64,000 nucleotides of DNA from Monocercomonoides exilis PA203. Its lineage: Eukaryota; Protista; Preaxostyla. The stretch covers positions 868,001 through 932,000 of the forward strand of contig LSRY02000039.1 of NCBI GenBank assembly GCA_001643675.2, read 5' to 3'. Numbering within the stretch: position 1 is the stretch's first letter; each line of letters begins with the position of its first letter. Of this stretch, positions 13,201 to 24,100 are shown in pieces. The notes under the pieces are model-generated. The model was not told the DNA's origin, made no database searches, and worked only from the letters and a program-made list of their open reading frames with translations. The position numbers and the translations under genes are program-made.

Positions 13201-15160
13201 AGAGGAGATGTGCAGATGGGAAGGATCTCTTGTGGATGTTGTGAAGAGTTCTGTTTTCATGAAAGACACAACAATCTCGAATTCACAAGAAGGCGGAATA
13301 ACAATGAATGGAGGGACCATGACTATTAATGATGGAAGAATTGAGAACAATAATCCATCAATTAAAGGATATCCATCATTGAGAAGAAATATCATTTGTT
13401 CAGACTCAGGAACATTGAACGTGATGAGTTTGAAAGGAGGAGATGGAGTTTTGCCAAACACATCACTTTGGATGTTGAATAAAGGATGCAGTTTTGAAGG
13501 GATTGTTTCAGAAAGGGATTCATCGTTCTTCATTCCTGTTTTGGAGAGTGTGGAAGCAAAAGAAGAGACAAATAGAATGAAGCTGATATTCAAAGGAATT
13601 CTTCTTGTTCCATGCAATCTGTCATTCTCAGTTGTGAAGAGAAATGGAGAAGAAAAAGAGATCGAAAAGCATGATTTTGATTCAAATGGGTTTTTGTCAG
13701 AAAAAGAAGTCGAGGGAAGTGTGGCAAAAGATCTAATCAGCAGTTGTGGAGATAAAATCGAGGTGAGCGTTAATATTATATTTGGGAATGCAAAATCTCC
13801 TTCATCAACCGATTCTTTCATTCTGAAGAATAGAAGTGAGATTGAACAAAAAGGAGAAGAAAACATTGTTGAAAGTGGAAACAAGACTGCATCTTATTGG
13901 ATTATCATAGTTCTTGTGTTATCAATGTTATTTTTGATAGTTTTGATTGGATTTATTTTGTTTGTTATTCGATGGAGAAAAGCAAAGAAAGAGAACAAAG
14001 ATCTGAGAGAGATTGTGAATGATAACATCAGAAAAGATCCAAAGGCATTTGAGATGGTGACGATGGAGCCATCGCCCGAGGAGCAGTGGAGAAGAGCAGA
14101 GATGGAAGCTGAAAAAAAGAATGAAGAAAGAATCAAGAAGAGAGTGTATGAGAAAAACTTGGGGTATTCTGAGTCTTCAGAGCATCTTCTGTCTGAGAGT
14201 GGCTCAACAGAATACATCTTGGGAAGAGATTCAGACAAGATTCCTGAATGGGCATTGGAGAAGGTTGAGGAAGAAGAGATAAGGAAGAGAACGCATTCTC
14301 CTTCTATTTCATCCACTTCAACCACAGACACTTCAGACACAGATTCCACATTTGTTCGACCAGAGAGCATGTGTCCAACCACCTCATCAATGTCGAATCT
14401 GGTAGATGCAATGGCCTGCTCATCGCCTCATGAGAAGTTGATTGTTGATCTGAGGGATTCGATGTTCATGTTGTTGCATGGAAGGAATGAGAAGAAGGAG
14501 ATGGCGATAGGCACTCTGAAGGAAAGAGAGCAGACAGCTGCCCAGATCTTGTTCTGGGTGGCTAATCTCGCACTTCATTCGTTTGAAGATGATGAAGATG
14601 AAATACCATCATTGGCCAATCTGAGTCCCCACATCGTGCTGTTCTCAGGACACATGGTTATTTGCATTGCCCTCCACTCTGACTGTTCATCAGACTCAGA
14701 TTCATCTTCCATTTCATCCACTGTGACTATTGTTTCATCTGCAAGTGATGATGATGAAGAAGAAGATTCTCTGCCCTCATCTGCCTTTGAGGATTGTGAA
14801 GACAATCGATATGAGTGTTTGCGATGGAAGGCACCTGAATTGTTGATCAACAAGAAGATGGGAGCAACAGAAAAAACAGTCTCATTCTCGATTGGGATGA
14901 TGCTGTGGGAGTGCCTGATTCTGAAGGTTCCGTTTGGGGAATATGAGGCAGAGGTGGCAGGGCAGAAGATCGTGAATGGAGAGATGCCGGAGATGGGGGA
15001 AACGGGATCAGAGGCTTTGATGGAGTTGGGAAATCGATGTCTGTGTGTGCAGTGGGAAGAGAGGCCGAGTCTTCGAAGTGTGAAGCGAGAATTGATTGGG
15101 CATTGTGAAAGTTGCTCGACAATGATGACAGCGACAGATGCGATTGATTTTGATTATTGA
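7214..15160 (+). CDS. Giant type I membrane protein: GGA/beta-helix-like repeat ectodomain, one TM segment, cytoplasmic degenerate TK/TKL-like kinase C-lobe
   Basis: Single 2693-aa ORF; likely start MKAVFYICALIMLG at 7214 (signal-like). Repeated GGAL/GKGG..F..N.A..G and CGxxxxPC modules; TM YWIIIVLVLSMLFLIVLIGFILFVI-RWRK; RWKAPELL, SFSIGMMLWE, VPF, ERPS near the C-terminus. Confidence 0.88.
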   Translation: MKAVFYICALIMLGAKCRNMEDIAERQIQQKMNEEMQKDLISIADKIYEDNDNFYNSMAKVIKPAGNCICCIQTTLKIINTSLCVNHLNIIPLTGCPILTSQHHSATTILSSTCQVNTATKSPLFLSFHALLSLTNFSLIPHQPAILSFPLFSTPNNLPSDTHSPIPVSFSISHSSFSSFVSLIQSFLFSPFSLSSPSPSPSSSSSSYSSSSFPFPSPSPSPSPLHIHLNLHLSNTLFSNISSPQSHSSLPSLPSHSLNPFISTTSFSSLSSTNINTNTIPSFSLHSSLFIHSTIFLHTHNPIDGTILPSINSPSTSLSAFNASFLRQARSSTNDAKVFIGTESQRKTPGRLDSFDANSHRFEWCEWNDTKSENEYGGALKVSCTNANLTITSCSFNNCFCTGNGHGGALYCESLLKINITKSNFTSCSAAYGGANCIAWPQPNSVYSLLENRVENCSITSWCGTGWYFALERTPTNAQFLFFKCKCIANTGGDSSGSLTFYDPPSNKPSQFSINDCQFIDNKLTASSTYGGTAIYFHLTFNWMNEIKFITFCFFDGNSATNGRGNDVFFSGNSITQSPFQQCGSTTESKRVYNNGQADNAEYNGWLPIINQNKIVANGGSDVDACGKTQQSPCATVEYALGCVAPFSDASLFLLVSTFTPIKTLTFRAPNTKITGNVTDTTIISSYGIPQTSSSSSSSPDPSASSALFQQTQGSLIISALAIAHNSTNQITPILFHISENSPFLNLNTTTITGTTSITIKTPLFFLTAGSLTLNHTAITHLTLNSQSIFHLISLTTPLALNSSNITDITSTATPASCFLSSATSPALSLSLTNCTITNINSAQLSQQTATNGGCISFASSASINTFSVSDTTFSTCSVSEDTSSGGRGGALMIEYKDDSEVSSTTFSITNIVFSANKASVGRDVYFVCESFVASVKEPLFAFMRSITEKDNSVVGHDRTESFGDWNVDLFIFFDGFFDDTIFVDGISGVEKVYCGLEKAPCKSVNYGIEHLKRTQNTKEEIILSSNSLMAGCLDVGEMCIKAKTETIMEIECQSDISGSEEECVLKSSSLTEMEFIGIVVPPSFNKTVSSVIESSTRNGELHMKNCGKSVIGGKQNTIRFSLIKSTGKMVELEFVTISDMKSSVILFSLSPSSGTVNEGESEREYKMKLLNCSMEGCFFESSFGESPLEIFSSVLFESNNFSNIMNTGSGEGGVAKVILQGNEEFMMKTTNASFCSLSSGNGKGGFLYLDCENCLDEKPFLFDIGITFENNKAAIGKNVFILGKDFNSSVTNNSFKFDYSEMKDDETLFVGNDSHHSNKDLFMFLISYSSFEIFISSDGFDVARCGSEEEPCFTMWKGMDNMKKGDEMKTIQIKGSTIIRDSFNMSNNRIKKDTKMGEEDTKAILNFEKSIGNQLEYFMENDVNLELSNIQLQLTSGFDNSAKTIISSKIGELVITGCSFHLEAGVNNGFDCVFVDAIGGSVEVNDLSMESCNIRNSIFAIHDSGITCHFVNVRVESLNESGGCLLLIKGTESTTKINEVGEEMNLKIDSSLFSEVKRSDNGVSILESKSENKICLVVNESNITEDKAELSEKGGAIFFTLGASGSMKMIETTISHCSCSSNMGKGGGVYLSTKERGELNFTFTGMKFSSNTARVGNDIYIECFNITSQINKSQFQFDLRENHYSQINAIYGRDECDYPNDTDLIDFVTIHQSDTVIVSSVNGSDEKQCGTNTLPCASIDYGLMHLTSDFMSQMIVVEESAIGCEINLEEMSLSSKRKVECKVEMKSEIDRTKDSVISTTGEVSLLRVSFVFDSNFVSQHESLISPEGGILEIVNCSFSSKQLKEGVNEDFANIPFHIFNMAKGELQLMECSMSNLILQESALHFSSQLQSVIDSLTIFNSTIATPLMNINECGQLTIKNFNTENITVERNEETLISCLAMKKTVQLTNCTMGGVGSKATKGKLMKLEDCLDVKIDSCVFDGSLKEINEKNSNTEEEMCRWEGSLVDVVKSSVFMKDTTISNSQEGGITMNGGTMTINDGRIENNNPSIKGYPSLRRNIICSDSGTLNVMSLKGGDGVLPNTSLWMLNKGCSFEGIVSERDSSFFIPVLESVEAKEETNRMKLIFKGILLVPCNLSFSVVKRNGEEKEIEKHDFDSNGFLSEKEVEGSVAKDLISSCGDKIEVSVNIIFGNAKSPSSTDSFILKNRSEIEQKGEENIVESGNKTASYWIIIVLVLSMLFLIVLIGFILFVIRWRKAKKENKDLREIVNDNIRKDPKAFEMVTMEPSPEEQWRRAEMEAEKKNEERIKKRVYEKNLGYSESSEHLLSESGSTEYILGRDSDKIPEWALEKVEEEEIRKRTHSPSISSTSTTDTSDTDSTFVRPESMCPTTSSMSNLVDAMACSSPHEKLIVDLRDSMFMLLHGRNEKKEMAIGTLKEREQTAAQILFWVANLALHSFEDDEDEIPSLANLSPHIVLFSGHMVICIALHSDCSSDSDSSSISSTVTIVSSASDDDEEEDSLPSSAFEDCEDNRYECLRWKAPELLINKKMGATEKTVSFSIGMMLWECLILKVPFGEYEAEVAGQKIVNGEMPEMGETGSEALMELGNRCLCVQWEERPSLRSVKRELIGHCESCSTMMTATDAIDFDY

Positions 15161-16318
15161 AACATTGAAGGAGAGAGTTTGGTGAGACAATTCAGAGATG
15201 AGGAGTAAATGTTGTTGAAATGATTGTCTATGTTTGTGAATAAGCGAGAAATGAGAACAAATACAGGATTCTGAGCAAACGCTTGTGCTGAACTCTGTTT
15301 TAGTGTTGAATGCTGAATGAAGTTTGTTTAAGAGCTTCATCTTCAAAAAGTGATTCCTTTGCAAAAATATAAACCTTTTTCTCCCACAAAAGAGAAAAGA
15401 AAAAATATTTGAAAAAATGAAGCTGATTTATGATTCATGAATGGAAAGAGCGATTTTCGAATCGCGATGTCTTTTGTGGCTGGATGATTGGTACAATGGA
15501 TTTGTTTTGCTGCTAATACATTTCATTTGAGTTTGAATGTATTTCACCTCAAAAAACAAGATTATTATTTTTGTATTTTTGCGTGTTTGGAATTACATTT
15601 TGTTTGTGTGTGTTTGTGTATGTGTATGTATTTTTTTCTAGATATGTTTTCCATGCCGATTATGTTGTTCTTGAGCGAAAAATTCAGTCAATATGCTTGA
15701 AATATGTATTTTCGTGTCTATATGTAGTTTTTCAATATTGTTGATTATTTCCAGAATGCTTCGTCTTTTTTTCTTTCAAACAAAAATCGTTAATGCATGC
15801 TTTTCTATTTTGCAGATGTGCAATTTCCCGCATTCATTCAATGAATACGTGAAACATTGCAATCTTCTTTTATTATTGTTGAGTATCAGATTGTTCAAGA
15901 ATTTTCGAATGCTTCTCAATGTATTTCATTGTGCATGCATAACAAAATGCAAAATTTGGTTTTTTGAAGTCGCAATTACACCAAAAATTATTCAACATCG
16001 AAAAAGTTTAATTCAAGATCGAAAATTCTTTATCTTCAAAAGATTTGAAAAAATTTTGAAAATTCTTGGTCATATCAGTTTCTTTTATTTCGAAGCACGA
16101 TCTGAGAAATTTATCAATTTCAATTAGAAAAATATTTTTTCATGTTTTTTTGGTGTTTGATTATGTGAAATAGTGGAAATAGGATAAAACTGAATTATTA
16201 TTAAACTTTTCACATGCATTCAGGTGAATATAAGGAATTTAAGCAAAAAATAAAAGTGATCGGATAGTTTGTGATCTTGTTTTGTGCGCAAAAAGACAGA
16301 AATATATCTCATTTATGG

Positions 16319-17399
16319 TTTTCTAATAAAGCGGTTTTTTAATCCGAACATTTTTTTTATCCGGACAAAATTTGAAACATAAAATATCTCAACAAATTTT
16401 CAATATCAATTAACAGTAATTTGCATGGTTGTATATAAACACACATGAAATCTATTCATATGCAAATTTTTAATTGCAGTGTTGTATATTTTTTGAAATA
16501 AATAATTTTTATATTTAAAAATCCGACTTTTGATGAATTTTTCTATTTAAATAATATGAGTTGGTTCATCTTTAATGCACACAACTAATTTTTTCCATGA
16601 TATAAACAATTCTGGTTATTTTTTATTTTCGCTTATTTACTCTTTCTAACGGAATAAAAATCTGTCATTTTTGAAAAATCATTGTCAATGGGATAACTTA
16701 AATAATATTATTGGCTAATGAAAAAAACATCTGACTAAAACGAACACTAACATTTATAAATATAATTGTTATATGAAATTACCACACAAAATCATAATTT
16801 AAATTGCTTCAATATCCATTTCATTTTGAAAGATTGTTAGAATTTCAAAGAAAATGATCATTAGAAATCATCAATTATGAAAACAATCTTTATTAATGAA
16901 ATACCTTCTGAATCATTTTGAATAACAGCTCTGTAGATATTTTATATAAATATCATATTTATTGATGTCTGTGTTAAATTCACTTGGATGTTTTTGTGTT
17001 TTGCAAAAAATAATTTTTCCGTTATGCCATTGATAATGATTTTTCAAAAATGACAGATTTTTATTCCGTTAGAAAGAGTAAATAAGCGAAAATAAAAAAT
17101 AACCAGAATTGTTTATATCATGGAAAAAATTAGTTGTGTGCATTAAAGATGAACCAACTCATATTATTTAAATAGAAAAATTCATCAAAAGTCGGATTTT
17201 TAAATATAAAAATTATTTATTTCAAAAAATATACAACACTGCAATTAAAAATTTGCATATGAATAGATTTCATGTGTGTTTATATACAACCATGCAAATT
17301 ACTGTTAATTGATATTGAAAATTTGTTGAGATATTTTATGTTTCAAATTTTGTCCGGATAAAAAAAATGTTCGGATTAAAAAATCGCTTTATAAGAAAA
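16319..17399. repeat. Long inverted repeat / palindrome (foldback-like)
   Basis: 16319-16697 is the reverse complement of 17021-17399. By eye 16335-16683 is mismatch-free, with 4 mismatches at the arm edges. The spacer is itself a degenerate palindrome about ~16859. Confidence 0.95.
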
Positions 17400-17930
17400 A
17401 AGTTTAACGAATTACATCTAACTTTTGAAAATTGTTCATACAAATGCTGAAAGCTTTTGCAATTGAAACCAGTTATTATTTCATCCGCTATTGCAAATCT
17501 TTTGATAACAATATCCTAATGCGCTTTTTATTTTACTTAAAAAATGAATGAAAAAAATTAAAAATTGCTTGTGTGCAGAAAAATATGATAATAACTTATA
17601 AAGATAAAATGGAAAAGTCTCACTCAAAAGTTGACTCCATTCATGTATAAGCTAATGCAAGTTGATTTTTCTATTTTTAAAATTGGTCTAACCAAGGACA
17701 GAAAAAAAAAACATATGCCAACTGCATCCAAAAACCAAACTTCAATTTTTGTTTTATTTGAAATGAAAATCATCAAAGAAAGAAAAACGATTTCACCCAT
17801 CTTTCAATGAGTGAATGAAAAAAGTTAAGCATAAATGTTACTTTTTAAACAAATGCTTTTGACTATTTTTGTGGTAAAAAAAACTAAACAGTCAAAGAAG
17901 GAAATTCTATCTGACTCTAATTCCTTATAT

Positions 17931-20900
17931 CTATTGCTGCTCTTCGTGCTTCTCCGAAACAGAAGGTGATGCATTCGAAAAAAATGAGAAAAAGTCGTTT
18001 GCTCCAATCATATTGGTGCTTGAAGCAGAAGAAGAGGTAGAAGAAGAAGAAGAAGAAGAAGAAGAAGAAGAAGAAGAAGAAGAAGAAGGTAAAGCTCCTT
18101 CATTCGAAGCAGAAGTGCTCAAAAACGATGCCATAAAATCATCGCTTGAAGATGCATTTGAGCTGATTGTTGATTGAGAGGTGGCTGGCTGAGAAGAGCC
18201 CGAAAGAAAAGCAGAAAAATCAAAAGCAGAAGAAGAAGAAGAAGAGTTCTGGTTGGTTTTTTGCTGAGAAGAAGCAGAAGATGGCATTGGAGAGCCAGAT
18301 GAAGATTGTGAAAGTGCAGGAGATGACGAAAGAGACGATTGAGGAGAAGATGAAGGAGAAGGAGAAGAGGAAGGAGTCGCAAAGAGCGAAAGCAAGGAAC
18401 TAAAATCAGAAGAAGATTGAGGAGAAGACTGAGGAGAAGATTGAAGAGGAGAAGATTGAAGCGAAGTGGAAGAAGGAGAAGAGGAAGGCTTGGCTGTTGT
18501 TGATGGAGTTCCAAACAGATCGAGAATGTCAATAATTGGCGAATCTGCAGCAGGCGGATGATGGCTGGGTGAGGCATGCAAGACATCTTCAGCAGCAGAT
18601 GAAGAAGAAGAAGCAGTTGCATCAATGGGGATTGAAATCTCTGCTTTCTTTGAAGAATCCTGTGCGGTGGATAAAACAGTTGCGAGTTGTGGCGAGCTCA
18701 CTTCAGCTGCTTCTGCTTCGGAAGAAGAAGAAGAAACAGAAAGAGATGCTGCAACTGCTGTTGATTGACCTGATGCAGAAGCACCTTCATGAATTACCAA
18801 TGAATCGCTTTGTGTGTTGCTATCGTTTCTGCTCTCAATTTCATCTTTATCTTTCTCTCTCTTTTCATCGTCATCAGCAGCAGAAGCAGCAGCTCCTGGT
18901 TGCACATTCAATTGCATTGTATCAATTGTTTCCTTCTCTTCTGGCTCCTTTTGCTCTTCGTCTGTCTTTCTCTTCTCGCTCTCTTCTTCTCCTGGTCCGT
19001 CTGACTTCTTCATCTCAGTGTATTTTCCTTCTTCAGAAGCGAAGCCAGCTTCAGCCTCCATCAACATTTTGTCTTCGACTGTTGTGATTTCTTTCTCTTT
19101 TTCTGCTTCTTCTTCTGCTTCTGTCTTTTTCAGCAATTGCGGTTGCAATGCTTCTTCACCTGTGTTCACATTCATTTCTTTTTGATTATTCGACACTTCA
19201 ACTTCTTGATGATCTTTTTCTTTCTCTTTCTCATCATTTTCTTCATTTTCTTCAACCATCTTGATTTCTTCTTTCGTTACTTCTTCACTTTTCTCTTCAA
19301 AATTGCCTTTCTCATCCTTTTCCTCATGCTTCACTTCTTCCTTCTTTTCCTCTCCTTCTCCTTCTTTCTCCTTCTCCTTCTCCTCTTCTTTCTCCTTCTC
19401 CTTCTCTTCATCTTTCTCTTTCTCTTTCGTCGTCTGCTCAGCAAACCCGAAGAAATTGAATGCATCCGGCTCAGAAGCTGCACTGTTTGTTCCTTGTTTC
19501 TCCGTCTCTGGCGAAGCAACAGAGTCAAAAGTGAATGAAAATCCAAACACTGGCTGTTGAGATGCATGTGCTTCATGTGATTCATGCGATGCTTCAGATG
19601 CAGCTGAAAGTTCGCTTTTAGAGGTTTCTTTGGAGATATCGACTTCCTCTTCTTTCTTGTCTGACACTTCTTTTTCTTTTTCTTCTCCTTCTTCTCCTTC
19701 TCTTCTCTTCTCTTCTTCTTCTTCAATATGTTGTTTGTCTTCACTTTCTCCTTCTCCCTCTCTTTCGATTTCTCTTTCGCTTTCTCTTTCTTCCTTCTCC
19801 TTTTCTGCATTATCATTATTCTTCTCTTCATTGTTTGAAATTTGTTCACTTGCATTGTTAACAACTCCATCTGAGCTGTTTTCTTTCGATGTTGCCTGAA
19901 GAAATGCAAAACCAGTAAAAGATGCCTTATTTTCAGTTGGGTTTCTTTGAATTTCAGTTGTTTCCTCTTTCTTTTCAATCTCTTCTGTCTTTTCTGTCTT
20001 TTCTTCTTTCTCCTCTTTTTCTATTTTACCGCTTTCTTCTTCTACTTTCTTCTCTTCTTCTTCTTTCTTCTCTTCTCCTTTCTCATTATTCTCATTCTTC
20101 TGCACTTCAGGCGAAGAGAACGAGAAAAAGTCAAATCCTGTGCTGATTGCTGCCTTTTGTGCGTCTTCATTGCTTTTGCTTTCATTCTGTGAAGGTTGAT
20201 CAAAAGAGAACGAGAAAAAGAAAGAAGTATTTTGTTGAGCGGAAGATTCAGAATTCGTCTCCAATGTTAGTTTTTCTGCTTCTTGTTCTGGTTTTTCTGA
20301 TAATTGATCTGCTTTCGATTCGTTTTTAACCTCATTTTCAGTCTGAACAGCTGATGCTGATGATGTTGCTTCTGTTTTATCTTTGTTTGTTTCTTCTTCT
20401 CCTTTGTTTGCTGGTATTGTTACGTTCTCTTCTTTGTTTTCTTCTTTTTCCTCTTTTTCTGTTATTTCTTCATTCTTTTCTTTCGCTTCTTCTTCTGCTT
20501 CGGTTTCTTCTATGCTCTTCTTTTCTTTCTCTTTCTCTTTCTCCTTTTCCTTCTCTTCCTCTTCCTTTTTCTCTCCTCCTTCCTCTTTCATCTTTGTTGT
20601 CTGCGCAGAAAAAGAGAAAAAGCCAAAGTCATTCGAAACAGACGGAGCATTCGAAGCAACCTCTTTTTTATCTGCTTCCTCTTTTATTCCTTCTTTTTCT
20701 CCTTCTTTTTCTCCTTCTGTGTCTTCTTTGGTTTCTTTTGCTTCTTTAATGTCTTCTTTCTCTTTTTCTTTTTCTTCTTTTCCCTCTTTCTTCTCCTCCT
20801 CTTTCTCCTCTTTCTCCTCTTCTTCCTTGTTTTCTTCTGTTTTCTCTTCTTTTTCCTTTGGTGTCTGAGCAGTTGAAGAGAAAGTGAAGAAATCAAAGCC

Positions 20901-21141
20901 AAAAGATGAATTTTGTGTGTGAATTTCCTCTTTCTCTTTTCCTTCTTCTTTCTCTTTCTCTTTTTCCCCTTCTTTTTCTTTTTCTTCTTTTACTTTTTCT
21001 TCTTCTTCTCCTTTTGCATCTTTTTGGTTCAGTTGAGGTTGTGGTGAAGAAGATGTTGTTTCGGAAGGGAATGAGAAAGAGAATGAGAAAGCAGAAGAAG
21101 AAGAAGAAGGAGAGGAAGAGGAAGAGGAAGAAGAGGAAGAG

Positions 21142-21179
<38 letters not shown>

Positions 21180-24100
21180 TGATGATGATGAAATATTTTC
21201 TGAAGAAAAAGAAGGGGAGGAGAAGGAGAAGGAGAAGGAAGAAGAAGGTGAATGAGATGGTGTTGAGGAAGGGGTGGAGAAGAAGTCTGCTGAAAAGAAA
21301 GGAGAAGAAGAAGGAGAAGGAGAAAATGATGATGATGTTGTTGTTGTTGTTGTTGTTGAATCTTTAGCTTTGCTTTTATCTTCGTCTTCTATTGGTTCTT
21401 TTTCTTTTTCCTCCTTCTTTTCTTTTTCTTCTTTCTTTTCTTCTTTCTTTTCTTCTTTCTTTTCTTCTTTCTTTTCTTCTTTCTTTTCTTCTTTCTTTTC
21501 TTCTTTCTTTTCTTCTTTCTTTTCTTCTTTCTTTTCTTCCTCTTCTTTTGTGTTTGCTTCTTCTTTCTCTTCTTTTTCAATTTCTTTCTTCTCCTCTTTC
21601 TTTTCATCTTCTTTCTCTTCTTTCTTTTCCTCCTTTTCCTCTGTTTTTATCTCTTTCTCTTCTGTTCCTGTTGAGAAAGAGAAGAAGTTAAATGCAGCAG
21701 CTCCATTTGTCAAATCTGAAGAAGAAGAAGAATTTTCCTTTTCTTTCTCTTCTTCTTTCTCTTTCTCTTCTTCTTTCTCTTCCTCTTCTTCTTTCTTCTC
21801 TTCTTCTTTCTCTTTATTTACTTCTTCTTTTTCCTCATTTCCTTCTTTTTCTTCTTTTCCTTCCTTTTCTTCTTTTTCCTCTTTTTCTTTGTTTTCTTTG
21901 TTTTCTTTGTTTTCTTCTTTTTCTTTGTTTCCTTCCTTCTTCTCTTCTGTTTGTGGAGCACTTGTTGAGAAAGAGAAGAAATCAAATCCAGAAAAAGTTG
22001 CATTTTGAGAAGAAGATTCAGTTTTCTCTTCTTTTTCATTGGAATTTGTGTCTTTTGAAGAAGAAGAAGGAGGAGGAGAAGGAGAAGAAGAGAAAGAGAA
22101 AGAGGAAAATGACGATGAAACATTATCAGAAGAAGAAGAAGAAGAAGAAGTGTTATCAGAAGAGGAGGAGGAGGAGAAGGAGAAAGAAGAAGATGGTGAA
22201 TGGGAAGGAGAAGAAGAGGAAGAAGAGGAAGAAGGTGTTGAAGATGCAAGTGAAAAGAAACCTGAGCTGAAAAAGTCACTTTTTGTGGTGTTTGTATCTT
22301 CTTTTGGCTTTTCTGTGATTTCTTTCTTTTCTTCCTCTTTTTCTTCTTTCTCTCTTTCTTCTTCTTTTTCTTCTTCTTCCTCTTCTTTCTCTCTTTTTTC
22401 TTCTTTTGTTTCTGTTTTCTCTTTCTCTTTCTCTTCGTACTTTTCTTCTTCCTCCTCAGCTTCTTCTTCCTCCTCTTCTTCTTCTGCCTCTTCTTCCTCT
22501 TCCTCCTCTTCATCTTCTTTCTTTTCCTCTTCTTTCTCCTTTTCCTTTTCCTTTACAACTTTCTCCTTCTCCTTCTCATCATCATCTTCTTCTTCTGTCT
22601 TATTGTTTGTTGATTGTTGTGTTTGTGGAAGAGAAGAAGAAGCAGAAGAAGAAGAAGAAGCGCCAAAGAATGAGAAGGCATTGAAAGAAGAAGAAGATGA
22701 TGATGATGATGATGATGATGTTGTTGTTGTTGTTGTTGTTGTATCAGAAGGGAAAGAGAAGGAGAAAGAAGAAGAAGAGGTTGTAGAAGAAGAAGAGGAG
22801 GAGGGAGAAGCAGAAGCAGAAGAAGAAGAAGAAGGTGTTGTTGAGAAGAAATCAAACGCAAATGAGTTTGTTTGTGAATGAATTGGTTGTTGTTCTTTCT
22901 CTTTCTCTTCTTTCTTCTCTTCCTCTTTCTCTCCTTCCTTCTTCTCCTTCTCTTCCTTCTCTTCCTTTTTCTCTTCTTCTTCTTCTTCTTCTTCTTCTTC
23001 CTTCTTCTTCTCTGTTGTTGGAGGAGGTGATGTTGGTTGAACAGATTGCGAAAAATCAAATGCAAATGCTTTTCCTGCTTCCACATTTGTTTCTTCTTTC
23101 TTCTTTTCTTCCTCTTCCTCCTTCTCCTTCTCCTTCTCCTCTTCCTCCTTCTCCTTCTCCTTCTCCTCTTTCTCCTTCTCCTTCTCCTTCTTTCTAGCTT
23201 TTTCTCTCTCTTCCTCTTCGTCTGTTGATGATTCATTGAGACTTAAATCATCTTTGTCCACAAAATCAAACTCATCTTCATCGACTTCATTCAAATTGTC
23301 TTTCTTATTCTTCTTCTTCTCTTTCTCTTTCATCATCATCTTCTTCATCGATTCAGGAGATAAAGGAGAAGGCGGGCGAGGCGCTTCTGATTTCTTTTCC
23401 TTCTTTTCTTTTCCTTCTTTTGCTTCTTCTGAAGATAAAGGCATTGGCTTATCATTTAATTCTTCTTCTTCTTCTTCTTCTTTATTTTTCTCTGTTTCAT
23501 TTTTAGTTTCTGCTTCAGAAGGAGAAGATTGAGTGATGGCTGGTCTGCGGGTGATGGTGTGTTTGGCTAAGAGAGAGGCTGGCGAAAATGAAAAAAAAGA
23601 GAGAAAGAAGAAGATGATTGAAGAGAAGGAAAGAAATTAATTAATTAATTAATTAATTAATAAATAAATAAATAAATAAATAAATAATGAGAAAATGAAG
23701 ATATTATGGCAAAGGGAAAGATTGAAAATAAAGATGAAGATGAAGCATGAAGGTGAATAAATGAATGAATAAAATAAATATGAAATATGAAACACAAAAT
23801 AAGCAAGAAAGAAAAACATTAAACAAAATAAAGTGTTTTTTCTTTTTGCATACGAGGGGTGAACGGGGCGAGTGAAGTGAGGTTGAGTCTGATGGAAGTG
23901 ATTGATGTGAAGACTTTACAGACATTGAATATCACTCTATCTAATGTGCTGTGGATGAAAGAGAGAAAATGAATGGAATAAATATATATAGATAAATATA
24001 TGGATATATATGGATATTCATATGATAGAGAGAGGGAGGGAAACAATATTGGAAAAGAGAAAGATTTTCACAATGAAAAGGAAATAAAATAAAAACATAA

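Noticed and set aside
17931-23444. Stand-alone 1837-aa gene or FG-nucleoporin
   Set aside because: The frame is open to a splice acceptor that links to the GDI exons; motifs are mostly FxF/FDFF, not FG/GLFG.
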